64,000 bases of DNA, taken from the NCBI RefSeq assembly GCF_030144855.1, contig NC_082710.1, positions 35,588,001-35,652,000 on the forward strand, read 5' to 3'. Below, one piece after another: positions 49,801 to 61,570 of this stretch (its first letter is position 1; every line of letters begins with the position of its first letter). This stretch comes from Hypanus sabinus (Eukaryota). A program made the position numbers and the translations under genes. The notes under the pieces are model-generated. The model did not search any database and was not told the DNA's origin. It saw only the letters and a program-made list of their open reading frames with translations.

Positions 49801-50794
49801 TACACTCAAATACAAATAGAGACACAGATACACACTCTACAATTAGCTTATTTCTTTATGATGTCTTTTATTGTTGGCCCTATTGCAGTCCGCCAAGTCA
49901 ATATCATTGCAGGTAATATGCATCACAATGAAGTCATAATTTCCCCTGAAGCAAGATGCCTCGAAGGGGTACTTGATTAGAAATGTTGTAAATCTGCTGC
50001 AACTTGACTGCTACAATTTTCCAGACAGTTCTACCTGCTTTTTACTCTGAGGAACCAAGGGAATCCTAAGTATTTTCACAATCTTTGTATATGCTTTTAA
50101 CTGCAATAGGAATTGACCTGTCTTTAAATAGTAGTTGAAACTTACATTCAAATAGATCAAATAAAAATTAACGGCAAAAATTAAATAAGCTCAAAGCAAA
50201 AAGGTCACTAAGACCTGATTTAATATATCTTGTAAATTAATAGAGGTGATTAGTATTACCTTCATAAACAGCTATCATGGTAAGCAAAGCACTTCAGACT
50301 TAAATTTACTGGAGAGATTTATATATAATTGAGATATTTATATGTCAGTACTCTCATCATTAATTTTAAGTGGATAATTTCAGGTTTATGAAACAGGTAG
50401 AACAATGAACAATTCAATCTAAATTAGGAAAACAGGAAAGTTGGTTAAGTATATTGCTCTCCAAATATGAATGCCCTACGAAACATGAGTTTACAAATTG
50501 GATTTGATTATGCTTCTCTGAAATGAATTAGGATTTCCTCATGATAAATATGCTAGTAAAATGTTAAACATGGTTAAAGAATGATTCATTGGAATTCCTC
50601 AAAAAAACATATGAAATTATTTGGGGAAGGTAGCAGAACAGAATAAAAGAGATAAATATATTGGGTAATATATTTAGATGGGACATATAGAACTTTACTC
50701 ATCTTAAGGATGAAACTAAATCTAAATAAATTAAATACATGAACAACATCTACAATTATTAAATAAGAATATTAAGATTATTTTATATGTTTAC

Positions 50795-50885
50795 CTTAAA
50801 ATATGTATCTTGACATATTAAAGTGCTGTTTGGAAGTGCTTTCTTAAGGCTGCATGCAAGTGTGGTTTTTCCACCATTTGTCATG
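50795..50885 (-). CDS. NMRK1: NMRK1 coding exon 2 (P-loop)
   Basis: tttag acceptor, gtaaac donor; 91 bp; (G)MTNGGKTTLACSLKKALPNSTLICQDTYFK contains the Walker A GxxxxGKT and the Asp36 equivalent. Confidence 0.95.
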
Positions 50886-51119
50886 CTAAATTAAAGAAAG
50901 AAAATACTACATTTATATTTATAATCAGTAGAGTAAGATACCATATTGGAGCAAAATCCAACAAACAGGTTTTAGCAATGCTCTGGGCATCTGATTCTTT
51001 TGAAATAACTTGAACAAAATTGTACTTATAAGTCTCATGAAGATAATGTACTTCTCTCACGTGGGACAATTTTAAAAAAATACAAAAAGAGAAAGCAAGA
51101 TGAGCTAACATCATAGATA

Positions 51120-51655
51120 GTCAGGAAGTAAGGTAGCTGAATTTGTAGAATTCAACATTCAGCCCAAAAGGCTGCATCAAGCTCAATCTGGAAACTCTTG
51201 GATGTGGTATTGAATTCTACAATTTCAGGTAACTTACTTTCTCTGTCTATACCTATTCTCTATCTGTGTTATTGGCTTAACTTTTATTTATTTTTTTCCC
51301 TTCTAGGAATGGAGAACACGTTTAACCTTTATTATGAAGCATATCTTCCGGCTTTGTATTTCACAGCTTCTACGTTCTGTTGTCTTTTTTCGCACTCATT
51401 AACTGTTCATTGACCAGATAGCTTTACTTCTCCCTGGGGCTTCTCTCCATGATCACCTGAATTCAGCCCTATCATCATACACATGTCCTTCCCCACCTTT
51501 CCTGCAGCTTTACAAGCTTCTTTTGTCTCCTACCCAATTCTGACGAAGGGTCTTCAACTTGAAATATTAGCATCACTTCTCTTCCTACAGATGTGGCCTA
51601 AGCAATTTCAGATTTTATTTTAGATTTTCAGCATCTGCAGCTTTTTTGATTTTTC
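51120..51655. mobile_element. Old Penelope 3' ends in inverted arrangement with a degenerate hammerhead core
   Basis: Minus strand FRLSLMQPFGLNVEFY (51135-51193), plus strand IEFYNFR (51208 on); CTGACGA 51540-51546, GAAA 51561-51564; cagcatctgcag tail. Confidence 0.55.
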
Positions 51656-52904
51656 ACCATGCAAAACTGGCTGCTTCATTATATTGGCTAAAGATGAGTT
51701 TATTTCATTTTGATATATTCACTAATTTAATCATTAGAAAATACATAAAAATTTGCAATATCGAATTGAGATTTAGTGTCTCATTAAATCAAAGCTTCAA
51801 AAAAACATGTTAATTCTACCAAAACTGCACTTACAAGCCATAAATATAATCAAAAATATTCATCACAATCATATAAAATACATATCAGCAGCTGTTTGAA
51901 GTATAAGATCAAAAATAAATGATGAGAATTAAGAAAAGGAGAGATAATGAATAAATTAATCACTTATAAAGGACCAAGTGCCTTGTTTGAAAAGGTCACA
52001 CCCACACATAGAACAAAAGTTAAAGAGATAGCAAAATAACATCCTCTTTTTTAAGGGGATGATCATTAGTTCTAGACACCTCAGTGAAAGGAATTGTACT
52101 TTTATTGTTCCACTTAAAATCTCAAATTTAAATCACATCACCTTCTGGATCTATTACTCCCTCAATAGCAACTTTCTCAAATGTCTTCAGGAAATTCATG
52201 TATAAAGCACCCATATACTTATCTTGTCTACTGCTTAGCTCTTTGAAATATTCACTCATCTTGCCTGATCTGTGATTTAAAAATCTATGTTGGTTCATTC
52301 TGATCAATTGAATATTTTCATGGTCTTCTGTAACTCTGTTCTTGATTTGATTCTTTTGAGACCACAGAAGTTAGGGACAAACTGGTTCTAGTCTGTCACC
52401 TTTAAAAACACACTGGAGTGACACAGTAATATACTGTTTCCCATACTAAGAAAACTTCCATAAATATAGTTATGACATCTATAATAGTCTAATGCAGTTC
52501 TTTTTTTCTGGGTTAGAAACCATTCCACTAATAAAATTATTAAGTCCACTATTTTTCTTCATAGCTGTTATCTCCTGTATCATTTTTGATGAGTTCTTGT
52601 GTCTGAATCCGTATTAGATTCCTTAGGATGTCTATATGTTTTTTTTATTGTAAACACTGATACAAATTATTCAACCTAACTGTGAACATCATCCTTATCT
52701 GTAAAGTTTCTGTGATTCTGTTAGTTCCTGTTTGTTTTCTTGTCACTTTTTTTGTAGCTGTTGCTATCTGTGTTGCCTTTTGCAGTTCCATGTCTTCTCC
52801 TCTGCCAAGTTCTGCACTTGATTTTGCCTGCTGCATGCTTTTCCATTCAGTTTCATGTTGACATTTGTCTCGTTAGTCATTCATGGCTTATTTACAGAAC
52901 TTTC

Positions 52905-53195
52905 GGGCGCCATGGTAACGTAGTGATTAGTATGATTTTATTACAGCTTGGGGCATTGGAGTCTGAAGTTCAATTGTGGTGTCCTCTATAAGGAGTTAGT
53001 ATGTCCTCCCCATGAATGTGTGGGTTTCCTCCAAATGCTCTGGTTTCCTCCCACAGTCCAAAGATGTACTAGTTACTAAGTTAATTGGTCACTGTAAATT
53101 ATCCTATGATTAGGTTAGGGTTAAATAGATGGACCCAACAAGATGGACGTTGCAGCTTGTTGGGCTGGAAGGGCCTGTTCCACACTGTATCTCTT
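52905..53195 (+). mobile_element. V-SINE (HE1-like) with CR1-type tail
   Basis: tRNA-like head, gtgggtttcctcc..tgctctggtttcctcccacagtccaaaga V-domain, gggcctgttccacactgtatctct tail. Confidence 0.8.
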
Positions 53196-53719
53196 AATTG
53201 ATTAATTGATGAGACTCGTATTCCTTTTCAGTATAAACACAACATGTTTCAACATTTCTTTAATAGACCATTATCACTGGCCTTAACTGTTGGTATATTC
53301 ATTAACAAGCTTTCCTAGTCTATGGACAATGACAAGTTTCTTGAACAGACCTTTGGATTGGGGATAACCTGCTGCACTTTTGTTTTATGGGATCAGAGGT
53401 GACCAATGTGGGAAACACAGAAGCTTGCACAGACAGGTGGGTAGTCTGAGACAATGCACTCCTTCCACCACTTATGTTGTGTTCCGTGTACACCCAATAC
53501 ACGGACTTCTCTATTCCATCCAGTAAACTCCTTCACTTTGAACACTCAAGGCCTACAAATTCCTGAGAGTCAATGGAGAATGATGATATTGTCAAGGGTT
53601 TGATCACACCATTGAACATCTTCCTCCATTGACCATATTCTCTCCTCCTGTGACAGAGTGAACATACAATCTATTTTAGGGGTGTAGTGTGATGACTGCA
53701 ACTGACACAGCCTGCCCAA

Positions 53720-55270
53720 AATAACCACAATAGCGAAATTGCTGCTCCTCTCACCTCCATCACCAAGACTCCTACCTCGTAGATAATCTGGTCTGCTACT
53801 GCAGACCATATTTTCGAGAAGCTCAAGAGACACCTCACCACTGCTCCCATTTTCTGGCACTCACACCCTTCTGGACCTTTTGTGTAGAGTTGGGCACATC
53901 TGATGTGGGCATCAGGGTCATCCTCTCCCAGCGAGGAGTAGATGGGAAGACACATCCTTGTGCCTTCTTCTTGCATAAGTACTGGTACTGAAAGTGTTGT
54001 GCTAACCACTACATTACCATTTCTCCCAGCTGAAACAGAGATTGACCTTCAGCCCATTATTCTGTCTACTCAGATCTTTACTCCAATCGTATAGAACACA
54101 AGACTGTTCCAGCTGACACACATGACAACTCCATGTATGTGTCAATGGCTGTGCACTCTGTTGTACTCCACTGGGCACACTCCTCACCTCTCTCTGGCCA
54201 TCCAGGTGCATGATGGACTGGATTTTCTGCAACGCTGGTTCTGGTGGCCCACCAGGATCGTAGGTTTTTAACAGTTCATTGCTGCTTGCCCTCAATGTGC
54301 CTGGTCCAATTTCCCCAACCAGCAATCCTATGGGCTCCTGCTGCCCCTAGCAATCCCTCGCTGCCCATGGTCCAAAATTGCCATAGATTTCATCACAGAT
54401 TTGCCACCTTCCAATGGGGCTATAGTGATCATGACAGTGATGGACTGGTTCTCCAAAGTGGCCCACTTCATTGCCCTCCCTAAGTTTTTGTCAGCCAGTG
54501 AGATGGCAGACTTGATTCTCCAACTTGTAGTCTGCCACCCAAGATCTGCCCTTCTGCACTAACTCCCGTAAGCACTCACCTGGCCCCTTTAAGATTACCC
54601 GTCGCATAAATTCAGTCATTTACCATCTCCACCCACCACCATCCCTCAGGATCCTTTCATGTTTCCTGCCTCAAGCCCATTACCTATGCACCACTCAACC
54701 CATCTGAGCCTGCATCTCTGGATCTAGAATGGTGGAAGATGGTCAAGTGAACAGAGTTCACTGGTTGATGGATTCTCGTTATTGTGGACTGGGTGTGCAG
54801 TACTTGGTTGACAGGGAAGCTTAGGGCCTTAAGGACAGATCTTAGCTGTTGTCCAGTTACTTGTGGATTCATCGCTCATCAAGGAGTTCCACTGGAGCTA
54901 CCTGAATCATCCTGGGCCATCGGAGGCTGGCCATGGGGCATGGGTGTCCTGTCAGGCCCGCACATGCAGGTACCTTCCAGTCTCCACTCAGCTAATAGGA
55001 ATCTCCTGCCGCTTGTTTCCAGCTTATCACCTGCAACCTATTTAAACACAGTTCTCATCCATAGTTATTTACCCGTCTTACCAACAGGCCTCAACCAGTT
55101 GCTCTTAGCTTCCAGTGATCTTGTTGCCTGTTCTATTTTGTATCTATTTTGCTTGGTTTGTGGCCTCTTGTGGTTTGTTATTTTGCAGTCTATTGTTAAA
55201 GTTACCTCTCACAGCTAAATCATCTCTGCTGCTCTGCTTTTGGGCAGAGCCTCCTCTACGTTTCCTGATA
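53720..55270 (+). mobile_element. Decayed Ty3/Gypsy chromovirus-type element (RT/RNase H, integrase, chromodomain) with 3' LTR 54950-55270
   Basis: IAAPLTSITK, LTTAPIF, HPCAFF; RWFWWP; LLLPLAIPRCPWSKIAIDFITDLPPS; QYLVD chromodomain remnant; LTR TGTCA...TGATA after a G-rich tract. Confidence 0.8.
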
Positions 55271-55733
55271 GAAAGAATTTTCTGGGGAATAAAGAGAAAA
55301 CTTTATGTATATGTTCAAATTTTCCTATAAGTGTAAAATTTTTGCTGATTTATGGGAATGTCTAATCAATGAAACTCTGAATGGAGCAGGAATATCCTTG
55401 AAGGTATAGGGCACTTTCAGTCATGATGATGGGGTTTTGCAAAGGTCAAGTGCTAACAGCTTTAGGAGCACACAATATTCCATTTTCCACCTGTCACGCT
55501 TAAGGAAATGCCTAAAATCTGGGTATGATCTTCCAGAACATAAAAACTAAAGCATATGCAAATCTTCATAACTCTTGAGTGAGCACTTGAGAAGAAAGTT
55601 ATTTTTTTAAATCTAAACTTGCTACAAATCATTGGCGCAAAAGAACGACAATAGAGTTATCAACCTGTACATATTAATTCCTCAAACTCAGGAATAACCT
55701 CAACAAGTGTAATTTAAGTTCACTGATACATAC

Positions 55734-55762
55734 CCTCCAATTCCAACAATGATTTGCTTCAT
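55734..55762 (-). CDS. NMRK1: Nicotinamide riboside kinase 1, first coding exon (exon extends 5' to the acceptor at 55812)
   Basis: aaaATGa start; MKQIIVGIG(G), 29 bp, donor gg|gtatgt; acceptor gcttttag ending at 55813; homologous to human MKTFIIGISG. Confidence 0.92.
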
Positions 55763-58431
55763 TTTTGGCCTTGTGAAATGTAGAACTGATGAAACTCAAG
55801 TCCCCCTCATACCTAAAAGCAACACAGATATAAATATTTGTGTTACTGTGCTTAATGTTGAATGCATTACATTCATATTATTTAACCTGTATTTGTCTAT
55901 TCCTGTCTCACCATTTGTCTGAGTATTCAGATCAATGGTACTCTTACCTTTTTAAAGAGGTACAGTGAAAATAGCTTAAATTAAACGAACAACATAACCA
56001 GGCAATTGTAATCTTTTGTATTTTGTTTCATTGTTTTATTTATCCACTGTTTATTTAATTTTGTTATACTTTTCTTTTGTTGTTCATATATCTAGAATTA
56101 TTGTTTGCTTTAGGTTTGAATGATCATCCTTTCAGCTACCTATGATTTAAAGTCTGGAATTCCTTCCTTATACTTACCTTTTGATGGGTCCTCTTTTTAA
56201 GGTGCTCATTAAAACTTCTCTTTGGTCAATGTTCACATTAAGAAACTCAGATTTTTATTAATTACCTAGCTCATTTAAAATTACAAAGGATGCAATATTG
56301 TATCCCAGCTCACCAAAGCAATTTCTCCGGGACTGATCACCGGTATGAAACAGATATCAGCTACAGTTAATCATGAAAAATGGTAATACATTTACATCAT
56401 CAATCCATATTGGAAACTTTTAGACAACTGTGTTAGCAATGGGAGGCCTTATAACTCAAAGTTCAAACAGGTTTCCAGAAGGAAACTTACTTTAGGAATT
56501 TCAAAGAATGAGTGGAAAGGTAAATTTGAGTTAAGTCAAGCCACAAGCTAAAAATTTGGTGTACAGTCTAAGATAACAGCCTCAAATGGAGTCTGATAGC
56601 ATACTGTACAGTATAGGCTCAGTTTTTCAGATGAGTTTCTAAGCCAAGGCTGTATTAGTGTGTACTCCACCTCCCTAAGAGACAAACAAAAAAAATACTA
56701 AACTCAGTTGTAACATGGTAAACTGCTGTTTCACACCTCTTTTCTGTACTTACATATTAAACTACATATATATACCTTGACCAGATGATTTTAGTCTTCA
56801 GTCGTCTAGTATTCATCCACTGACTGCCATAACTGGTAAAAAATTTTCCTGTGCTTGTTTTCTCTTCTGTCATTTTCACTTTTCCTTACTCTCTTGTTAT
56901 CTGCAATATAATGGCTTCTAAAATTCTTCAATTTTGCTCTAACAAAGACTTCACCCAAGATCCATGGAAACTTGCATGCTCTTACAATTCTGCCTTTTAC
57001 TTTCTGGTCCATATACTTCAGAATGTTATACACATATTAAAAAAAATTACCATATGACATCTGTTTTATGCATAAATGTAACTGAAGAGAACATAGTACT
57101 ATTTCTACATCTGTGGTCTCTACAGGCTGATCCTGGATTATGAACACCTGATTTATGTAAACCTGTACATCTGAACTCCCATATTTATTAAATTCAAAAG
57201 GTTCATGTATGCCTGTAGATATGTAAATTCCCATGAATGGCAAAACTAGTTTAATCTCTCTCACCACTTTTAATAATTGTTCTGTTTTATCAGTCTTGTC
57301 TGCATCTGATGACATTCATTACAATATTGTGGGATACATATGTCAAGCAATCATTGTTTTGTATATTCATATAAATAAATAAGGATGGTGAATCTTATGT
57401 CAGTAAAGCAAAATTCCTACAAGCTGCTGTTTGATTGTTGTTAAAAAAAACCCTTAAAGTTCAATATCTGTCTTATCAGGTCTCAGTTCCCTTTAAACTC
57501 ACTGGGGCCCTGGTTCCCATGCTTTGTTGAAACTTATCAGGTTCACTGGAAAATTTATCGTTCTACTATTCTTTGTAACATTTCTACAAAAAGAATTGAA
57601 AGTGTCTTGGAGTATTAATTGGAATAACATCCAAGATTCTGAATAACTTGTTATTTAGCAGCACCAAAGTTCCAAGCCTTCCACATTAATGGGGTTTTAT
57701 TATACTCACTAACTTGGAATGTCAATGGGACCTTCTAACAGTGCAGCTACTCTTTGTTTTCAGTACTCTGTATAACCTAATCTATTTCTTTTTTTCTGTG
57801 TTGCAATCAGTAACGTTTCACAGATTAGAGAATGATCAGTTGACTCTATGAACAGCTCATTGTAGCATGTGTTAAAACATCCAGTTTGCTATACACTTGT
57901 ATGGTGACTTCTGAAGCTCAAAGTCAAAAAATGTTCAGTTCAGTTATCTCACACAATTTAAACTCCACAAGTTTTCTGGACACAAGTTCCTTTATCATTG
58001 ACAGTCTATATTTTACATTCACCCATCTGAAAAAGTATAGACAACCAGAAGAAAAACAAATATGGATAAAACATTACAAGACATTTGTTTTGTCAAATCT
58101 GCAATATGTCATTCAGATCACTACACTTGAGCATTAATATGAAAGCATTAGAGAAGGTCACAAGGGAGTTACTAGAACAATTCCAGAGAGATAGGGATTA
58201 GTTACATGAATATATTGAAGAATCTGATTATTCTCTTGCACTATGGGATGAGAGAAAGTTTCAAATAGAAATAGGTTTAAAATATGAAAAACATAAAACT
58301 TATATATGCCAGCATTTTCTTATTACTGACATTAGGCTAACAGTAGTTCTTTGCTTTTATTTACCTTGCTTTCTTAAATAGTGGATTCAAACTTGACTCC
58401 CTTCAACCCACCAAAATATTTCCACAATCTA

Positions 58432-58951
58432 CAGTACTGTACAAAAGTCTTAGGCACATATATATAGCTACAGTACCTAAGACATTTTGCAGAGTACTGT
58501 AATAATTTCATTTATTGGACTCTACTACTGCAACAAAAAATGCAAATTTCATGACATATGTGAATGATGATAAACCTGATTCTGATTTGGGTGTCTATTG
58601 TAGATTGAGAGTGGGAAGGGAAGAGTCAGAGGGGACAGAGCAGAATGCATCAGAGACATTCTATAATGATCAATGTCTCATTCTATGATGACATTCTATA
58701 GTTGTTTGCAATCAAATGGCCTTGCCTGGTATCAAACCCCACACCACGGCCCCGCCCCTGGGACGACTCCTCTGCCACCCGTCCCACGCCCCTCTAGCGA
58801 AGTTCCACCCTCACCATTCCCAACAGCCTTTGCTCCTGCCAGATTTATAAACTTGCTCCCTGCTTCACATTGACAAATGCAGTACCGTGCAAAAGTGGAG
58901 TCCCGTGCACCTTAGTCATATACGTGTGCCTTAGACTTTTGCACAGTACTG
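58432..58951. mobile_element. Composite non-autonomous Tc1/mariner-type element: two mini-MITEs (58432-58499, 58880-58951) flanking captured DNA
   Basis: TA at 58430-31 and 58952-53; outer TIR CAGTACTGT(A/G)CAAAAGTCT(T/A)AGGCAC; each end unit itself carries an inverted TIR pair. Confidence 0.8.
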
Positions 58952-59159
58952 TATATAATCTGGGGCTGCTGGAGGGGCTTAGTTGACTGACATCTGTTCT
59001 CATGAAAGGTGAGCAACTGAAAATCGTTTCTCTGTCCATGGATGCTACTGGATCTGCTGAGTACTTCCAGCAGTTTCTGTTATCTCATGTGTTTCTTTTC
59101 AGAATCTACAATATCTTGCTTTTATTCCTCCTTCACCTGCCTTTACTGACAAATGCTTC

Positions 59160-59660
59160 TGACGGGTAATTGCAACGCGCCGGACCTCACACGTTGACAT
59201 CAGGCACTCTACGATCCCGACACAGACAAGTCAACTCCTCGGACCACCCCACCCCCCACCAAACTTAAAGCATGTGGCGACTGCCGTGGGCGCTGGTCAC
59301 CGACATTCGTCCAGTCTCCTGACACCACTCCGGGGTTTGCCGGGTCCGTGCAGCCGGCTGAGAGACATTTTGTCGGGGTGTCCAGCGGGCCGCCGCACCC
59401 CGCGGTACGTTACCTGTCTCACCGTCAAAACCACGCAGCACGCAGGGTGACGTCACCCCGCACCATCTGGGCCGCGAGTCGGTGCTAGTGACGTCAGTGC
59501 GCTCAGCGTGTCGTTCTTCCTGGTTCCTCCCCGCCAGCTCTGGACGTATCGCTTTAGCACTTCCTCAATTTCTGGGCTACTCTTTGTATTCGGTGTAAGG
59601 ATCATTTTGTTAACTAGCTCTAGCAACGATGTCGAAGCCACCACCCAAACCAGCCAAGCC
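59160..59660. promoter_or_regulatory. Bidirectional CpG-island promoter NMRK1/OSTF1 with two full CRE sites
   Basis: CpG-rich; TGACGTCA at 59448-59455 (within the 14-bp palindrome GGGTGACGTCACCC) and at 59489-59496; ETS-like CTTCCT near 59516 and 59560. Confidence 0.82.
59414..59445 (-). other. NMRK1: Probable non-coding first exon of NMRK1 (5' limit unknown)
   Basis: Strong donor cag|gtaacg at 59413 inside the CpG island, upstream of the acceptor-bearing exon at 55812; a second possible donor g|gtgaga at 59422. Confidence 0.55.
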
Positions 59661-59662
59661 AG
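59629..59662 (+). CDS. OSTF1: Osteoclast-stimulating factor 1, coding exon 1 (exon 2 not found in the window)
   Basis: acgATGt start; MSKPPPKPAKP(G), the OSTF1 proline-rich N-terminus; donor cag|gtaagg; syntenic position. Confidence 0.93.
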
Positions 59663-60413
59663 GTAAGGTGTCTATATTTATTTGCAGTTAATTGTCATGG
59701 AGCAGAAAGTTAAAACTCAACGAGAACTTTGCGTAAAAGTGATGAGACTTTTGAAGTTTCCTTTTTTAAGATGTCATCGAGCTGCTGATCTTTAGCTACT
59801 TAAAATTGTTCTGTTTTAATGAATGGTAATTTTTTTTAACTCTTTGCGCTATGCTTGCCAGGAAATATGTTTAAGATCAGACAGCATTTGTATTTAAAAC
59901 CGCCTTGATGGTATTGCACAACGTCCCAAAAGAGTTTCACAGAAGCATTATCATTCAAAGTTTGACATGGGACGATCTAAAAGCTTATTTTTTTCAAAAG
60001 TGGAAAGAGAGGTACAGAGGATTCGGAATGAAAATAAAGAACTTCAGGCCTTGGTACTAAGGCATGGCTGCCAATGGTAATGTAAATAAATCGCAGGACC
60101 ACGAGAGGATAAAGGTATCTCTGAAGGCTGCAGAAAATAATTGAGAATATGGGTGAGTGAATGGGAATTGGTGTCAGTTAGGCTGAAGGTTTTTGGAAAA
60201 CATCAAGTTTTGGAGTGTATTTTGAATGCCCAAGAGTGTATTTGAATAGTGAGGCATGTAATCATTTGAGGCAGTGTTGGAGTTAGAGAAGTGTTACAGT
60301 CTTGCTAATCTTGACGTTTTCCCAGCAAAACAAAATTAAAATGTATAAAGATGGGGAAATGGTTTGGTTCATTCTCTCTTCTTGATTCAAGGGATCAGAG
60401 TTCTATTGAAATA

Positions 60414-60945
60414 TTGGAGCATTGTGTTCAGTTTTGGTCTCCAAATTTGAGGAAGGACATTCTTGCTATTGAGGGAGTACAGCGTAGGTTCACGACGTTC
60501 ATTCCCGGGATGGTGGGACTGTCATATGTTGAAAGATTGGAGCGACTGGGCTTGTATACACTGGAATTTAGAAGGATGAGAGGAGATCTGATTGAAACAT
60601 ATGATTATTAAGGGATTGGACAGGCTAGATAGGAAACATGTTTCCGATGTTGGGAGAGTCCAGAACCAGAGGCCACAGTTTAAGAATAAGGGGTAGGCCA
60701 TTTAGAACAGAGTTGAGGAAAAACTTTTTCACCCAGAGAGTTGTGGATCTATGGAATGCTCTGCCTCAGAAGGCAGTGGAGGCCAATTCTCTGGATGCTT
60801 TCAAGAAAGAGTTAGATAGAGCTCTTGAAGATTGCGGAGTCAAGGAATATGGGGAGAAGGCAGGAACGGTTTACTGATTGTGGATGATCAGCCATGATCA
60901 CATTGAATGCGGTGCTGGCTCGAGGGGCCAAATGGCCTACTCCTG
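60414..60945 (+). mobile_element. CR1 3' fragment (same family as 961-3194)
   Basis: [27 protein letters not shown]...; tail gatcagccatgatc..ggcctactcctgc. Confidence 0.9.
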
Positions 60946-61570
60946 CGAAGAATGAGAGGCGATCTTATTGAAACATATAAGATTGTGAAGGGGCTTGATC
61001 GGGTGGATGCGGGGAGAATGTTCCCAATGATGGGTGAAACGAGGACTAGGGGGCATAATCTTAAAATAAGGGGATGCCATTCCAGGACTGAGATGAGGAG
61101 AAATTTCTTCACTCGGGGTGGTGGGGCTGTGGAATTTACTGCCGCAGAGAGCTGTGGAAGCTACTACACTCAATAAATTCAAAACGGAGATAGACATTTT
61201 CCTGGATAAAAATGGCATTAGGGGATACGGTGAGCGAGCAGGTAAGTGGACATGAGGCTAGGTTTAGATCAGCCATGTGATCTCCTGGGCCAGTTTTCGA
61301 TAGCCTGGATGGGTTGGAGAGGAATTTTCCAGATTTGTTCTCCTCAATTGGCAAATCGTTTTTTTTTCCCCCCGGGTGATCACATGGGTTTGAGCGGGAT
61401 GAATAATAAAATAAAATGGGCGGCATGGTGCCCTGTTGGTTGACATTGTTGCCTTGTGGGATTCAGTGAAAACTAGAATTAAGATTGGATCAGCCATGAT
61501 CTTGTTGAATGGCGGAGCAGGCTTGAGGGGCCGATTGGCCTACTCCTATCTCTTATGTTCTTATGTTCTA
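60946..61570 (+). mobile_element. Second CR1 3' fragment directly abutting the first
   Basis: RMRGDLIETYKIVKGLDRVDAGRMFP; ends with (tcttatgt)n repeat tail. Confidence 0.88.
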
